From: TPA_inf: Saccharomyces
Taxonomy: Eukaryota
Assembly (NCBI GenBank): GCA_000146045.2
Contig: BK006948.2
Location: 544,001 to 608,000, forward strand
Direction: 5' to 3'
DNA: 64,000 bases
The notes under the pieces: model-generated
What the model was told of the DNA's origin: nothing
Seen by the model: the letters and a program-made list of their open reading frames with translations, nothing else
Database searches by the model: none
Shown here: one piece after another, positions 10,824-22,386 of the stretch
Layout: each line of letters opens with the position of its first letter
Position numbering within the stretch: position 1 is the stretch's first letter
Program-made: the position numbers and the translations under genes

Positions 10824-13800
10824 CTACTTTAGAATTCTTTTCAATGGCTCAATATCACCTTCTTGTCCTTGTTTGACATATACTAGGAAATATGGAGTTG
10901 CAGTGTTACCCTCATTGAAATTGAAGACCTCCTCTTCCTGGACCTCACTGATGGTTTCATCATTGTACTTCCTCCAAATTCCATTGCGATTTCTGTCCTT
11001 GATATATATCCAATAGTGACCATAACTGGCCTCGCCGCGATGAATAAAAACCGAAAACAGTGAGTAACCATATTCCTTGAAATCGTCAAATTGATGGCTT
11101 ATTTTCTCTTCCAAACTGTTGATATCATTGTATAATTTCATCAATTCATTATCGATATTTTGAACGTTGTTTCTCAGCGTCTTTATCACATCATTAGCAG
11201 CCTCAATTTTTAAAGGAGTTTTCTTTATGGTATCCGATTCCAATAGCTTGATACTCTCCAAAAATGCATCCTTCCTTGTAAGCCCTGAATCATCACGACT
11301 CAAAAGCTCTCTTTGTCTATTTTTCATTACCTTCAACTTTTGCTTCATTTCTTCTGTTTCTTTCTTTTTTGCCAACAATAAAGGGTTCTCTGTATCCGCG
11401 TATCTGTCCATGTAAATAACTTCTTTGAATGGTAAGGGCTCAATGGATTTAAACGGCATTAATCTTTCACGATCGTAATAAACTCTTTGGATTTGTACCT
11501 GCAAAATAGTAGGAAAAGTTGTAACAGCAACGGTACGTATAACATCACCATACTCTTCCATTGTCAGATATTCGTCTTTAAAATAAGAATCAAACGCATC
11601 ATAAATATCTTTAGGATGATCGCCAATATTTATCAGTAACGATAGGAATCTTTCAACTTTCGTACGGACTTTATTTGTTGCGGACAAAGGAACAATACTT
11701 TGTTTAGTAGTACCATAAAATAGTTGCTTAACCAAGTCATATTGCTCGTTGTCTTCATCATATCGGATAGGCTCTGAACCGCTTTCTATCTGAAATAACA
11801 CGTTTCCTATGCATTCAGTAACATCTTGTTGCCTACCCATTTCCAAAGCATTTTCTAATTGATCAGAACTGATTTTTGCCACACGCGTAGGTGAAGTTAA
11901 TCCTGTTGTATCTTCGTTCTCACTTACTTCAGCATCATTCGATTCATTTTTTTTTCTGTTCGCATCTGTACCAACATCGCCATTAAGGCCATCTTCCATT
12001 TCTAAATCAATCAGGCTTGTATCCTTTATTTTTGTAGTAAATGCGTCATCCGTTGTTTCCTTCTTTGAATCCGAAAGAACTCCTGTTTGATCAACTACTT
12101 TATTGCCTTCCACTTCAAATTCTACTTCAACATTACTTGGAGCAAATGCCAAATATGCTAGCTCTTTTGAGGGTGTTACACATCTTTCTCTTGTATGAAC
12201 CATCGCATAGAAAAGGTTGCGAAGTTGGTATATGAATTGAATAGATCTTTCCACTTCGCCTCTACTAATTTCTCTTCCACCAATTCTTCTAATATGCCCA
12301 CTATTAGAGAGGTGGTCATTGAAATTTTCTACCGTTTTTTGATATTCCAATACATATCTTCTTAGTGGCGCAATGGAAAAGTAATATTGTAATAAAGAAT
12401 TTAGGTAACAGGTGTTCCCGATATTATTAATGCCAGTTGGCCAATTTTCTGGCGGCAAGGAATTTGGATCTATCGTACCAGTTAGTAAGAAGTTGGTGAT
12501 TAAAGTTGAATTTCTTTCTATACTGATTTTGGTCAATGCTGCCCTCAAAATAAGAAATTGGTCAGGCTCATAAACGTTTTCATCAAACCACTTTTGTTTA
12601 AAGATTTTCAAAATGGTTTCGTCAGAGGCATTTTCATTCACTTGAAGAAGCTTCAATGCCTCTTGGTAATCAAGCTTCTCTGGACCATAATAGTTGGAAA
12701 ACTGTGGGCATTCCTCTGTTAAAAAATTGAACAAATCAAGGCTTCTTTTACTGATAGCAATGGTGTAAAGTGCTCTATCACAATCCAACTTTAATCCGGG
12801 AGAGTCGTTAATCTTGACCGAATATGCAGTTTTTATAATGTCTTCATCAACAGACTCGTCAATTGAAAGTGTGTCGTATGCCTGGGATAAAGCTCTGTAG
12901 GGCTCATGATCGACGTAAAATTTTAGTTTGTCAGATTTGGTATATTTGGCCAACAATCTTAGAGCATTTTTCAAATTTGTTAGGTGATTAGAGGTTACTT
13001 GGCTCTTATTTGATGTTTCATATTTGTAAATAGATAGCAAAGTCGCCTCATTTAATTCGGAGATGTTACACTCTTTAGGGTTAATTTTAAACATTAACAA
13101 AGCATTTTCTAGAGCTTCTTGGCCTATAATGTCCTGTTTTCCACAGTAAGCAATCAATTGATATGCCCCCTTCCTATTTGCAATGTATGTCAGTGCGTCA
13201 AAATACAGCCCAATATTTTCAGGATCCAAAGAAGACAAAGATTCGTAGTTTCTGATTATATCTCTATCGGTATAATAATGCGAAACGGAAAGATTAATAA
13301 AATGAGGTTCTGCGTCCAAAGGCGAATGAGTTTGCTCATTGGAATTTAATAGAATCCTTGCTCTGGATTCTCCCAATAAATGGAACCAAGGTAGTGTTGA
13401 GAAAGAAGTTTGTAATGAAGACATTCCCTTTACGCTTTTCGTATTTTTCAAGGGAGAATTAGGTGCCAGTAATGAGGTAGATAGTTGACCCCAAAATATC
13501 AGTTGTAAACACTTCCTCACAAACGATTCTCGAATTTTTCTTGTCTCCAAATCGTTTACATAGTCCACCATATCTGGAGGGACGTATTCAGTAAATATCT
13601 CATTAGTTTCCTCATCGATTTCTGAGCTTGCTTGAAATCCATACTTGGACGTTAACCATTCAGGATTCAGGTGAGTGTTAAGGGCCAAATTTCCAGAATC
13701 AATTGTCTTTGTAGGTTCCGCTTTACTTTTCCTCGTCAAAGGCCCTTTAAAAATTTTAAAAAGTGTGTAAAAACAGTCAACTTGAGATGGCGTCTCGCTT

Positions 13801-14642
13801 TTATCTAGTGATTCATTTTTTACACACATAGCATTGTATCTCTTCTTAATTGCGTCGGCAGTAAAACTCTCATGCTCTTCAGGTGAATTAAACTCGGGTT
13901 TAAAAATTTCAATCAAGATCAGTTTGTTAGTATCATCAGAAACGTAAATACCGTAATCCAACAAATTAGGATCGGAAGAATCAAAAGTCGAAAGGTCTAC
14001 TCGATCGTATTCGTGCAAATGATCTAGTGAGTGGAATTGAGTAACACCGACATGCTTCTTCAACCGCTCCAGTTCTTGGCGGACTTTTACGCTAACCTTA
14101 AGATGATAAATAGGAATTTTAACAATATCATCAAAAGTTGAAATTTGCTGTTCTGCCAGTGATGGATTAAAGATGACCGCCTGAAATACATGTATTTTAT
14201 TATATTTTGGGCATGAAATGGAATCATACTCGGATTTTGTTTGAAAAACCACTTGATCAGTTAATGAACCCAAGCAGTTAGGGCGAATACTACTTCTGAA
14301 AGTTGAGTAAGAAAGCATAGACTCTTTTAAAATACCCCTCGATTGCAGGCCCTTTTGCATGACCTTCGGGTCTGTAGAATTGAGAAAAATAGTATCGCAA
14401 AGTATATCGTCCAAAAGTCTGTCAGAAGTCTTCAGTGGTAGGTTGGTGGCAATATCTGGATACAGTAAGTGTTTTCCATCGTCAACATCTCCAGGGGTAG
14501 ACTGCTGGTTTATACTTGTCCCGTATAATGGGAGGTCTTCTATAACAGACCCATTTCTGTCAGCATTTTCTTTATCCTGGTTTAGTAGTTGATTATGATG
14601 GTTCTCAATTGCTTTTTGAAGTTCATTATCTTCGTTCGGCAT
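10824..14642 (-). CDS. UBP2: Ubiquitin-specific protease
   Basis: 1272-aa ORF with USP Cys box (GINNIGNTCYLNSLLQ) and His box (YSLFSVFIHRGEASYGHYWIY). Matches YOR124C. Confidence 0.95.
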   Translation of the reverse strand: MPNEDNELQKAIENHHNQLLNQDKENADRNGSVIEDLPLYGTSINQQSTPGDVDDGKHLLYPDIATNLPLKTSDRLLDDILCDTIFLNSTDPKVMQKGLQSRGILKESMLSYSTFRSSIRPNCLGSLTDQVVFQTKSEYDSISCPKYNKIHVFQAVIFNPSLAEQQISTFDDIVKIPIYHLKVSVKVRQELERLKKHVGVTQFHSLDHLHEYDRVDLSTFDSSDPNLLDYGIYVSDDTNKLILIEIFKPEFNSPEEHESFTADAIKKRYNAMCVKNESLDKSETPSQVDCFYTLFKIFKGPLTRKSKAEPTKTIDSGNLALNTHLNPEWLTSKYGFQASSEIDEETNEIFTEYVPPDMVDYVNDLETRKIRESFVRKCLQLIFWGQLSTSLLAPNSPLKNTKSVKGMSSLQTSFSTLPWFHLLGESRARILLNSNEQTHSPLDAEPHFINLSVSHYYTDRDIIRNYESLSSLDPENIGLYFDALTYIANRKGAYQLIAYCGKQDIIGQEALENALLMFKINPKECNISELNEATLLSIYKYETSNKSQVTSNHLTNLKNALRLLAKYTKSDKLKFYVDHEPYRALSQAYDTLSIDESVDEDIIKTAYSVKINDSPGLKLDCDRALYTIAISKRSLDLFNFLTEECPQFSNYYGPEKLDYQEALKLLQVNENASDETILKIFKQKWFDENVYEPDQFLILRAALTKISIERNSTLITNFLLTGTIDPNSLPPENWPTGINNIGNTCYLNSLLQYYFSIAPLRRYVLEYQKTVENFNDHLSNSGHIRRIGGREISRGEVERSIQFIYQLRNLFYAMVHTRERCVTPSKELAYLAFAPSNVEVEFEVEGNKVVDQTGVLSDSKKETTDDAFTTKIKDTSLIDLEMEDGLNGDVGTDANRKKNESNDAEVSENEDTTGLTSPTRVAKISSDQLENALEMGRQQDVTECIGNVLFQIESGSEPIRYDEDNEQYDLVKQLFYGTTKQSIVPLSATNKVRTKVERFLSLLINIGDHPKDIYDAFDSYFKDEYLTMEEYGDVIRTVAVTTFPTILQVQIQRVYYDRERLMPFKSIEPLPFKEVIYMDRYADTENPLLLAKKKETEEMKQKLKVMKNRQRELLSRDDSGLTRKDAFLESIKLLESDTIKKTPLKIEAANDVIKTLRNNVQNIDNELMKLYNDINSLEEKISHQFDDFKEYGYSLFSVFIHRGEASYGHYWIYIKDRNRNGIWRKYNDETISEVQEEEVFNFNEGNTATPYFLVYVKQGQEGDIEPLKRILK

Positions 14643-15029
14643 TTCCTTATACCTTCTTAACCTTGAACAAAAGCTTTCTTTTTAATTACCACTTTATTAT
14701 TAGCAGTGGCCCCGTTTTTATGCAATGTTCTTCCAATGGCAAGCCGCTTGTTTTTTTCAAGCTATATGTACTATAGTTTTGCTCTAATTAACTGTTACTC
14801 TTGTTAAAGATCCAGTTTGTACTCACCCTTAGACTATGAACCCATACCCCATTTACATAATTATAGACAGTGTATCTATTCCTGTCATATTGGTCATATA
14901 GCGTTAAAATGCGTAAGGATGATACATAATTTTATACATGATAGTTTAATTAGGACATTTATCAAACCGTTTTCCTTTCAATTCTCCTTTTCTGGCATAA
15001 CGCGACTGATGTATGCCACTTTCTGGTGG

Positions 15030-15731
15030 TTAAATTCTTTCGGCACTCCATATAGCTACTCTGCAAATCGTTTTAATACCTTCAGTGATAACTGTATATG
15101 GAACTGCCATATACGAATCATGCTTGATAGCGGTGTCTAGATGCTCTAGCTCGTCATCCCTGAACTGTTGGATAGTAGAAGTTAAGGATTTGATTTCCTC
15201 ACTTGGACCCTTTGTTCCATCTGTTCTTTCTAAATTGAATTGATTGGCCAAGTTTCGCAATTGGCCATTGTAGTGCCCTCCGATTACTGTCTCGACAGCT
15301 TCAGTACAAGCCATAGCTGCTTCTGGAGAAATCAATGCGGTACCAGCCCCCATTGCAAAGGCTCCTGCCTTCCACAAAGGCGTTAATAAGGAAGGCCTGA
15401 CTCTCCTTTTCAATTGCAAATTGTTAAAAGTATTATGATGATGTATCTCCTGGTCCCATATGTGCTTTAGCACAGGTTTCAAGTGAGGGTACCTATGAGC
15501 CAACACGAAGTACTGGCCAGCGTAGATGTAGTCTGCACCTAATTCGCCAGCTTGATCTACACGAATAACACGGTCCAAAAATGCAGCCTGAGCATCTGAT
15601 AAATTCTGACACTTGGGAGCATGCTCAGGTTTTTCGGTGTGTTTTGCTGATGTATGTTCTGTTATCTTTAAAGATGATAAGACGGAAAAGCCTCTGCTGG
15701 CAGGTTTGAAAACTGAAACACGGGATAACAT
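15030..15731 (-). CDS. COQ7: Mitochondrial di-iron hydroxylase of ubiquinone biosynthesis (DMQ monooxygenase). Annotated 233-aa start is MLSRVSVFKP; the ORF stays open to an upstream in-frame ATG at 15848.
   Basis: EXXH di-iron motifs and an MTS-like N-terminus at MLSRVSVFKPASRGFSVLSS. Matches CAT5/COQ7 (YOR125C). The ORF-track version is 272 aa from the upstream ATG. Confidence 0.9.
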   Translation of the reverse strand: MLSRVSVFKPASRGFSVLSSLKITEHTSAKHTEKPEHAPKCQNLSDAQAAFLDRVIRVDQAGELGADYIYAGQYFVLAHRYPHLKPVLKHIWDQEIHHHNTFNNLQLKRRVRPSLLTPLWKAGAFAMGAGTALISPEAAMACTEAVETVIGGHYNGQLRNLANQFNLERTDGTKGPSEEIKSLTSTIQQFRDDELEHLDTAIKHDSYMAVPYTVITEGIKTICRVAIWSAERI

Positions 15732-15960
15732 AATTTCTATGTATCTCTCCCGTATACGTGATATCTTTATTCCTTGAATTGGTTTGGAGGAGAAGATAAC
15801 GACGTTTTCACAAGAATAAAACTCTCGTCTGTAAAAATAAGGAAACATGTTTTATAGATTTCTATTGTTTTTTTTCCTGAAAATCCCGTATATGAAAAAT
15901 TATACAGTTGCTTAAAAGTTAGGGAAATATAGACAGAGTACGTACAAAGGATTACTGCAT

Positions 15961-16677
15961 TCAAGACATTATGTTAGATCCATCATCTAGCACATCTCTC
16001 CAATCTTTCAGTTTGTACTGCATGTTTTTGGGATGATATTGGGGGTAGAATGTCTCAATGACCTTCAATAATTCGTCATGAAAAATTTTGTACCCTTTTC
16101 CGGAAAAGTGCAGTCCATCTGTTAGCAGTTGTTGCCAAGCATCACCACCTTCCTGTTGAAACGCCTTATTCAAAGCCACGAAGGGAACTTTTTCCTCATT
16201 GGCTAGTTTTGCTAAGGCATCGGAATAAATGGCAAAGTTCTCGTTGGTACGGAAGTATCCGAGAGCTATTTCTTCAGATTTTTCTTTTTCCCACTTCTCT
16301 CTATCTACTAGCCCCGGTCCTATTATAATAGGACGGATATGGTAAGACTTCATCAAAGATACCATTTGACGAATATTATCGATAAATTCGGGGAGGGGGA
16401 CACTTTGGGGACCTGCTGAGCATGCATCGTTGGCACCCAAAAATATTGTGGCCATGACAATATTGGATTCATGCTTTAAAATCTCAGGAAGTATTTTCAA
16501 CGCCCATCTAGAAGTGTACCCTTTGAACCCTCTTTGAAGAATATCCATTTTTCTCGTATATTCGTTGACTAATGCGGCTCCAAGAGCATACTGATCTTTG
16601 CCATCTTCAATGGGCCTAGTATTAAAAGCAAATTCAGTAATGGAATCCCCAAATAACAGAAACTTCTCGTAATCCAT
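15961..16677 (-). CDS. IAH1: Isoamyl acetate-hydrolysing esterase (SGNH/GDSL hydrolase)
   Basis: 238-aa ORF with GDSIT motif near the N-terminus. Matches YOR126C. Confidence 0.95.
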   Translation of the reverse strand: MDYEKFLLFGDSITEFAFNTRPIEDGKDQYALGAALVNEYTRKMDILQRGFKGYTSRWALKILPEILKHESNIVMATIFLGANDACSAGPQSVPLPEFIDNIRQMVSLMKSYHIRPIIIGPGLVDREKWEKEKSEEIALGYFRTNENFAIYSDALAKLANEEKVPFVALNKAFQQEGGDAWQQLLTDGLHFSGKGYKIFHDELLKVIETFYPQYHPKNMQYKLKDWRDVLDDGSNIMS

Positions 16678-17169
16678 ATTTGGTCACAGTTTAAGCGTAC
16701 GAACAGATGATAATGTAGAGGCTAGTTCTTGGTTTCGTATGTGTTACCACGATGAGAAGGTGTAAAGTGCCCTTATTATTGCGCGCTTTATGCCGTATTA
16801 GGAAAAATGAAAAAAAAAAAAAGGCAGTTCTCGAGTTTAGATTTGATATAATTAACGTGTGCTTTTCTCTATTGACCTTTGATGAGATTGTATCAGCCAA
16901 CTGGCTAATTCATTGAACGTTTTCCAAGGGTAGGACTGCTCAAACAGACTAAATTTCTTTGCCAAATAGGGTGTTTTGAGTTTTGATCAGTCAACATTCT
17001 TGATCAATTCACAGTTGCTTAAAATAGAAAAAAAAATTGATCGGTATCACTAAAATTTTTAAGAAACTGAAAAGCACCACGGTTTTGACATTTATCTCTA
17101 TTATAGCTTTTTGTACAAGACAAGGATAGCTGATTCAGGTACTAGTGGTGGAGAGAGCGGCATATTAAA

Positions 17170-20100
17170 ATGGCATCAACTGCTCCCAATGAACAATTTC
17201 CATCCTGCGTACGATGCAAAGAATTTATTACCACGGGGCATGCATATGAGTTGGGTTGTGATAGATGGCACACACATTGTTTCGCTTGTTACAAATGTGA
17301 GAAACCATTAAGCTGCGAATCTGATTTTTTAGTCCTTGGAACAGGTGCTTTGATCTGCTTTGATTGTTCCGATTCTTGTAAAAATTGCGGTAAAAAGATT
17401 GATGATTTGGCCATAATACTGTCCTCTTCAAATGAGGCCTATTGTTCAGATTGTTTTAAATGCTGTAAATGTGGTGAAAATATTGCTGACCTACGGTACG
17501 CGAAAACCAAGCGAGGTTTATTCTGTTTAAGCTGTCACGAAAAGCTATTAGCCAAACGAAAATACTACGAAGAGAAGAAAAGGCGACTCAAAAAGAATTT
17601 ACCAAGTTTACCCACACCTGTGATTGATAATGGCCATACTGATGAGGTCTCAGCTTCTGCAGTCCTCCCAGAAAAAACATTTAGCAGACCTGCATCACTA
17701 GTTAATGAGATTCCTTCAGGTTCTGAACCTTCCAAGGACATAGAAACCAATTCGAGTGATATTGTTCCGCATTTTATCACTGGGTATAACGATAGCGATG
17801 ACAACTCTGGAAGTTCAAAATTCGGTTCAAATGTGTCCATAGATGTTATAGGACCGGAAGAAAATAGCACGGAGCATGTAAATGATGATGTTAAAGAGGA
17901 AGCAGAAGCACCTTCAGCGAATATGTCACTCAATGTTGCTACGGATCCAACCCTAAGTTGTAAAGAACCTCCTAGCCATTCGAGGAATTTGTTAAATAAA
18001 ACACCGTTGAGAAATTCTTCGGGTCAGTATCTCGCAAAATCTCCAAGCTCCTATAGACAGGGAATAATTGTTAACGATAGTCTGGAAGAGAGCGATCAAA
18101 TTGATCCTCCAAATAACAGTTCACGAAATGCAAGTGAATTGTTGACCTCGGTATTGCATAGCCCAGTTTCTGTTAATATGAAAAATCCGAAGGGTTCAAA
18201 TACGGATATTTTCAACACCGGTGAAATATCCCAAATGGATCCTTCGCTATCAAGGAAAGTATTGAATAATATTGTCGAAGAAACAAACGCACTTCAAAGG
18301 CCAGTTGTTGAAGTTGTCAAGGAAGACAGAAGTGTTCCTGACCTAGCAGGTGTTCAGCAAGAGCAAGCAGAGAAATATTCCTATTCAAACAATAGTGGAA
18401 AAGGCAGAAAAATTTCAAGATCATTGTCACGAAGGTCCAAAGATTTGATGATTAATCTAAAATCCAGAGCCACAGGCAAACAGGATAGTAACGTTAAACT
18501 TTCACCTGCTTCTAAAGTGACATCTAGACGCTCACAAGATTTAATGAGGGATAATGATTCACATACCGGCCTTGACACACCAAATTCTAACAGCACTTCT
18601 TTAGATATTTTGGTGAATAATCAAAAAAGCCTAAACTATAAAAGATTTACCGATAATGGCACTCTTAGGGTGACTAGTGGAAAGGAAACCGCCCTTGAAG
18701 AACAGAAGAATCACAGTTTTAAATCTCCGTCACCAATTGATCATTTGTTACAATCGCCAGCTACACCAAGTAATGTATCCATGTATCGAACTCCGCCTTT
18801 AGATAGCTCATTGACATTTGATAGGCGGAATGGGTCTTCATACAGTAACCAAAATTATAGCATACCTAGTTGGCAGAAAACTCCAAAGACCCAATTGGAG
18901 AATAGCGACAATTTTGAGGAACAGAAGGAAACACTTTACGAAAATAGCGAATCTAGAAACGATCCCTCGCTTGATAAAGAAATTGTCACGGCAGAGCACT
19001 ATCTGAAGCAATTAAAAATAAATTTGAAAGAACTTGAATCTCAAAGGGAAGAATTAATGAAAGAGATCACTGAAATGAAGTCTATGAAAGAGGCTCTACG
19101 CCGACATATTGAATCCTATAATAGCGAGAAAAATAAACTATATCTTGACTCCAATGAATTATCAAATAATCCACCGATGATAAATGAAATCAGCTTAGGT
19201 GAGTCGCCACCCGTGAAACATGTTGCAACTGCAAGTTCTGTAGCGCGAAGTTCTGTTAAACCAAAATTTTGGAAGTTTTTTTCATCTGCAAAGCCACAGA
19301 CCGAGCAATCTATACAAGGTGTCAGTACAAATAATACAAATTCCATCGTTAAAAGTGCCCCAGTTTTGCTTTCTGCTCCCTCATCTGGTAGTAATTCCGG
19401 CCGTTTAGAAATTTCACCACCTGTGCTACAAAATCCTAATGAATTTAGTGACGTTAGATTAGTACCTATCGAGAACGATGCAAATATGGGACAAAGTAAA
19501 GATGGAGAAGAATATTTGGATGGAAGCAATTTGTATGGTTCAAGTCTCGTTGCTAGGTGCAATTATGAAAACAATGAAATACCGATGATACTATCTGTCT
19601 GCATAGATTTTATTGAATCAGACGAAGAAAATATGAGATCGGAGGGCATTTATAGAAAATCAGGTTCCCAGCTAGTCATAGAAGAAATAGAAAAGCAATT
19701 TTCTGCATGGAAAGTACAACAAAATACCGAAACGCCAAATATTTTAACGGAACAAGATCTCAACGTTGTTACTGGTGTGTTGAAGCGATACTTAAGAAAG
19801 CTCCCCAACCCTATCTTTACCTTTCAAATATACGAGCCGTTGATGAGGTTAGTTAAATCTAAAAAAATGATGGAAAACTTGCCATTTGTTGGAGGAAAGT
19901 TGTCCTTAGAAGCAAAGAATTCGGACACTTATATGTCGAGCAAGAGCGCTTTAAAAAACATATTGGAAGACCTTCCAAGGGAACATTATAGGGTGTTAAG
20001 AGTACTGAGTGAACATATAGAAAAGGTTACACGGTACAGTCACTGGAATCGAATGACGCTTTATAATTTGGCTTTAGTTTTTGCTCCAGGTTTGATTCGT

Positions 20101-20193
20101 GATTTCAGTGGAGAAAAGGATATTATTGATATGAAAGAAAGAAACTATATTGTCGCATTTATATTTGGGAACTACAAAGATATCCTGACGTAG
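17170..20193 (+). CDS. RGA1: Cdc42 Rho-GAP with two N-terminal LIM domains
   Basis: 1007-aa ORF: Cys/His-rich LIM repeats in residues about 10-130, Ser/Asn-rich middle, C-terminal RhoGAP domain. Matches YOR127W. Confidence 0.95.
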   Translation: MASTAPNEQFPSCVRCKEFITTGHAYELGCDRWHTHCFACYKCEKPLSCESDFLVLGTGALICFDCSDSCKNCGKKIDDLAIILSSSNEAYCSDCFKCCKCGENIADLRYAKTKRGLFCLSCHEKLLAKRKYYEEKKRRLKKNLPSLPTPVIDNGHTDEVSASAVLPEKTFSRPASLVNEIPSGSEPSKDIETNSSDIVPHFITGYNDSDDNSGSSKFGSNVSIDVIGPEENSTEHVNDDVKEEAEAPSANMSLNVATDPTLSCKEPPSHSRNLLNKTPLRNSSGQYLAKSPSSYRQGIIVNDSLEESDQIDPPNNSSRNASELLTSVLHSPVSVNMKNPKGSNTDIFNTGEISQMDPSLSRKVLNNIVEETNALQRPVVEVVKEDRSVPDLAGVQQEQAEKYSYSNNSGKGRKISRSLSRRSKDLMINLKSRATGKQDSNVKLSPASKVTSRRSQDLMRDNDSHTGLDTPNSNSTSLDILVNNQKSLNYKRFTDNGTLRVTSGKETALEEQKNHSFKSPSPIDHLLQSPATPSNVSMYRTPPLDSSLTFDRRNGSSYSNQNYSIPSWQKTPKTQLENSDNFEEQKETLYENSESRNDPSLDKEIVTAEHYLKQLKINLKELESQREELMKEITEMKSMKEALRRHIESYNSEKNKLYLDSNELSNNPPMINEISLGESPPVKHVATASSVARSSVKPKFWKFFSSAKPQTEQSIQGVSTNNTNSIVKSAPVLLSAPSSGSNSGRLEISPPVLQNPNEFSDVRLVPIENDANMGQSKDGEEYLDGSNLYGSSLVARCNYENNEIPMILSVCIDFIESDEENMRSEGIYRKSGSQLVIEEIEKQFSAWKVQQNTETPNILTEQDLNVVTGVLKRYLRKLPNPIFTFQIYEPLMRLVKSKKMMENLPFVGGKLSLEAKNSDTYMSSKSALKNILEDLPREHYRVLRVLSEHIEKVTRYSHWNRMTLYNLALVFAPGLIRDFSGEKDIIDMKERNYIVAFIFGNYKDILT

Positions 20194-20475
20194 CGCTATC
20201 CTCGGTTCTGCATTGAGCCGCCTTATATGAACTGTATCGAAACGTTATTTTTTTAATCGCAGACTTAAGCAGGTAATTATTCCTTGCTTCTTGTTACTGG
20301 ATATGTATGTATGTATAATAAGTGATCTTATGTATGAAATTCTTAAAAAAGGACACCTGTAAGCGTTGATTTCTATGTATGAAGTCCACATTTGATGTAA
20401 TCATAACAAAGCCTAAAAAATAGGTATATCATTTTATAATTATTTGCTGTACAAGTATATCAATAAACTTATATA

Positions 20476-22191
20476 TTACTTGTTTTCTAGATAAGCTTCG
20501 TAACCGACAGTTTCTAACTTTTGTGCTTTGACAAGAACTTCTTCTTCTTGCTTTAATAAAAACTGTTCCATTTTCGTTGTATAACTTGAATCATAAGCGC
20601 CAAGCAGTCTGACAGCCAACAGCGCAGCGTTCGTACTATTATTAATAGCGACGGTAGCTACTGGAACACCTCTAGGCATTTGCACAATTGAATGTAAAGA
20701 ATCTACTCCATCTAGACAAGAACCTTTTACGGGCACACCGATGACAGGAAGTGGTGTCATTGCAGCCACCATACCTGGCAAGTGAGCAGCCCCACCAGCT
20801 CCAGCGATAATTGTTTTAATTCCACGCTTGCTTGCGGAAATAGCATATGCTGACATCCTATGTGGAGTTCTATGAGCAGAGACTATTGTCACTTCAAATG
20901 GAACGCCAAAATCTTTTAAAACCGCACATGCGGCAGACATTACCGGCAAGTCAGAGTCTGATCCCATGATGATTCCAACCAATGGTTTGACCATTGCTTC
21001 CAAGTCCAACTTTTGAGCGACAGAGATTTTGATTGGAATATCAGTTCTACCTGTAATGTAGTTCAGCCTTTGTTCACATTCCGCCATACTGGAGGCAATA
21101 ATATTTATGTGACCTACTTTTCTGTTAGGTCTAGACTCTTTTCCATATAAGTACACTGAGGAACCTGGAGTCGCCAATGCTCTTTCGCAAGTTTCTAGCT
21201 CTTTATCTTTTGTATGTTTGTCTCCAAGAACATTTAGCATAATGGCGTTCGTTGTAATGGTGGAGAAAGATGTGAAATTCTTTGGCATTGGCAAATCCAA
21301 TATTGATCTCAAATGAGCTTCAAATTGAGAAGTGACGCAAGCATCAATGGTATAATGTCCAGAGTTGTGAGGCCTTGGGGCAATTTCGTTAATAAGCAAT
21401 TCCCCTGTTTCTAAATAGAACATTTCCACACCAAATATACCACAACCGGGAAAAGATTTGATTGCATTTTCTGCCAACAACTTCGCCTTAAGTTGAACGG
21501 AGTCCGGAACTCTAGCAGGCGCATAACATAAGTCACAAATATTGTCCTTGTGGATAGTCTCTACAATTGGGTAAGAAAACACTAAACCGTTAACAGATCT
21601 CACAATCATGACTGCTAATTCTTTAGTAAATGGTGCCCATTTTTCGGCGTACAAAGGACGATCCTTCAGTACTTCCAAAGCTTCCGGAATCATTTCCTTA
21701 TTCTTTACAACGAAGTTACCTCTTCCATCGTATGCCAAAGTCCTCGACTTCAAGACGAATGGAAAACCCAAATCTCTTCCAACATTCAATAGGGACGTCT
21801 CACTGGCTTGTTCCACAGGAACACTTTGGGTAACTGCTATACCATTTTTGATTAAATGCTCTTTTTGAATATATTTGTCTTGTATCAATCTGATTGTTTC
21901 TGGAGAAGGGTAAATTTTTAATTTGGGATGTTTTACTTGAAGATTCTTTAGTGTAGGAACATCAACATGCTCAATCTCAATCGTTAGCACATCACATTTT
22001 TCAGCTAGTTTTTCGATATCAAGAGGATTGGAAAAGGAGCCATTAACGTGGTCATTGGAGTTGCTTATTTGTTTGGCAGGAGAATTTTCAGCATCTAGTA
22101 TTACCGTCTTAATGTTGAGCCTGTTTGCTGCCTCAACAATCATACGTCCCAATTGTCCCCCTCCTAATATACCAACTGTTCTAGAATCCAT
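20476..22191 (-). CDS. ADE2: Phosphoribosylaminoimidazole carboxylase (purine biosynthesis)
   Basis: 571-aa ORF with ATP-grasp N-terminal half and PurE-like C-terminal half. Matches YOR128C. Confidence 0.97.
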   Translation of the reverse strand: MDSRTVGILGGGQLGRMIVEAANRLNIKTVILDAENSPAKQISNSNDHVNGSFSNPLDIEKLAEKCDVLTIEIEHVDVPTLKNLQVKHPKLKIYPSPETIRLIQDKYIQKEHLIKNGIAVTQSVPVEQASETSLLNVGRDLGFPFVLKSRTLAYDGRGNFVVKNKEMIPEALEVLKDRPLYAEKWAPFTKELAVMIVRSVNGLVFSYPIVETIHKDNICDLCYAPARVPDSVQLKAKLLAENAIKSFPGCGIFGVEMFYLETGELLINEIAPRPHNSGHYTIDACVTSQFEAHLRSILDLPMPKNFTSFSTITTNAIMLNVLGDKHTKDKELETCERALATPGSSVYLYGKESRPNRKVGHINIIASSMAECEQRLNYITGRTDIPIKISVAQKLDLEAMVKPLVGIIMGSDSDLPVMSAACAVLKDFGVPFEVTIVSAHRTPHRMSAYAISASKRGIKTIIAGAGGAAHLPGMVAAMTPLPVIGVPVKGSCLDGVDSLHSIVQMPRGVPVATVAINNSTNAALLAVRLLGAYDSSYTTKMEQFLLKQEEEVLVKAQKLETVGYEAYLENK

Positions 22192-22337
22192 ACTTGATTG
22201 TTTTGTCCGATTTTCTTGTTTTTCTTGATTGTTATAGTAGGATGTACTTAGAAGAGAGATCCAACGATTTTACGCACCAATTTATACATGAAATGCTCCA
22301 TAATATTGTCCATTTAGTTCTTAATAAAAGGTCAGCA

Positions 22338-22386
22338 AGAGTCAATCACTTAGTATTACCCGGTTCGTAGCCATGCAACAAGAGTC
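22338..22386 (-). promoter_or_regulatory. Two TGACTC (Gcn4/Bas1-type) elements at about -147 and -190 of ADE2
   Basis: GAGTCA read on + strand at 22338..22343 and 22381..22386, which is TGACTC on the ADE2 strand. ADE genes are established Bas1/Bas2 and Gcn4 targets through this hexamer. Confidence 0.6.

Noticed and set aside
14817-15140. Plus-strand 107-aa ORF between UBP2 and COQ7
   Set aside because: Overlaps the COQ7 3' end antisense and intergenic DNA. No codon bias.
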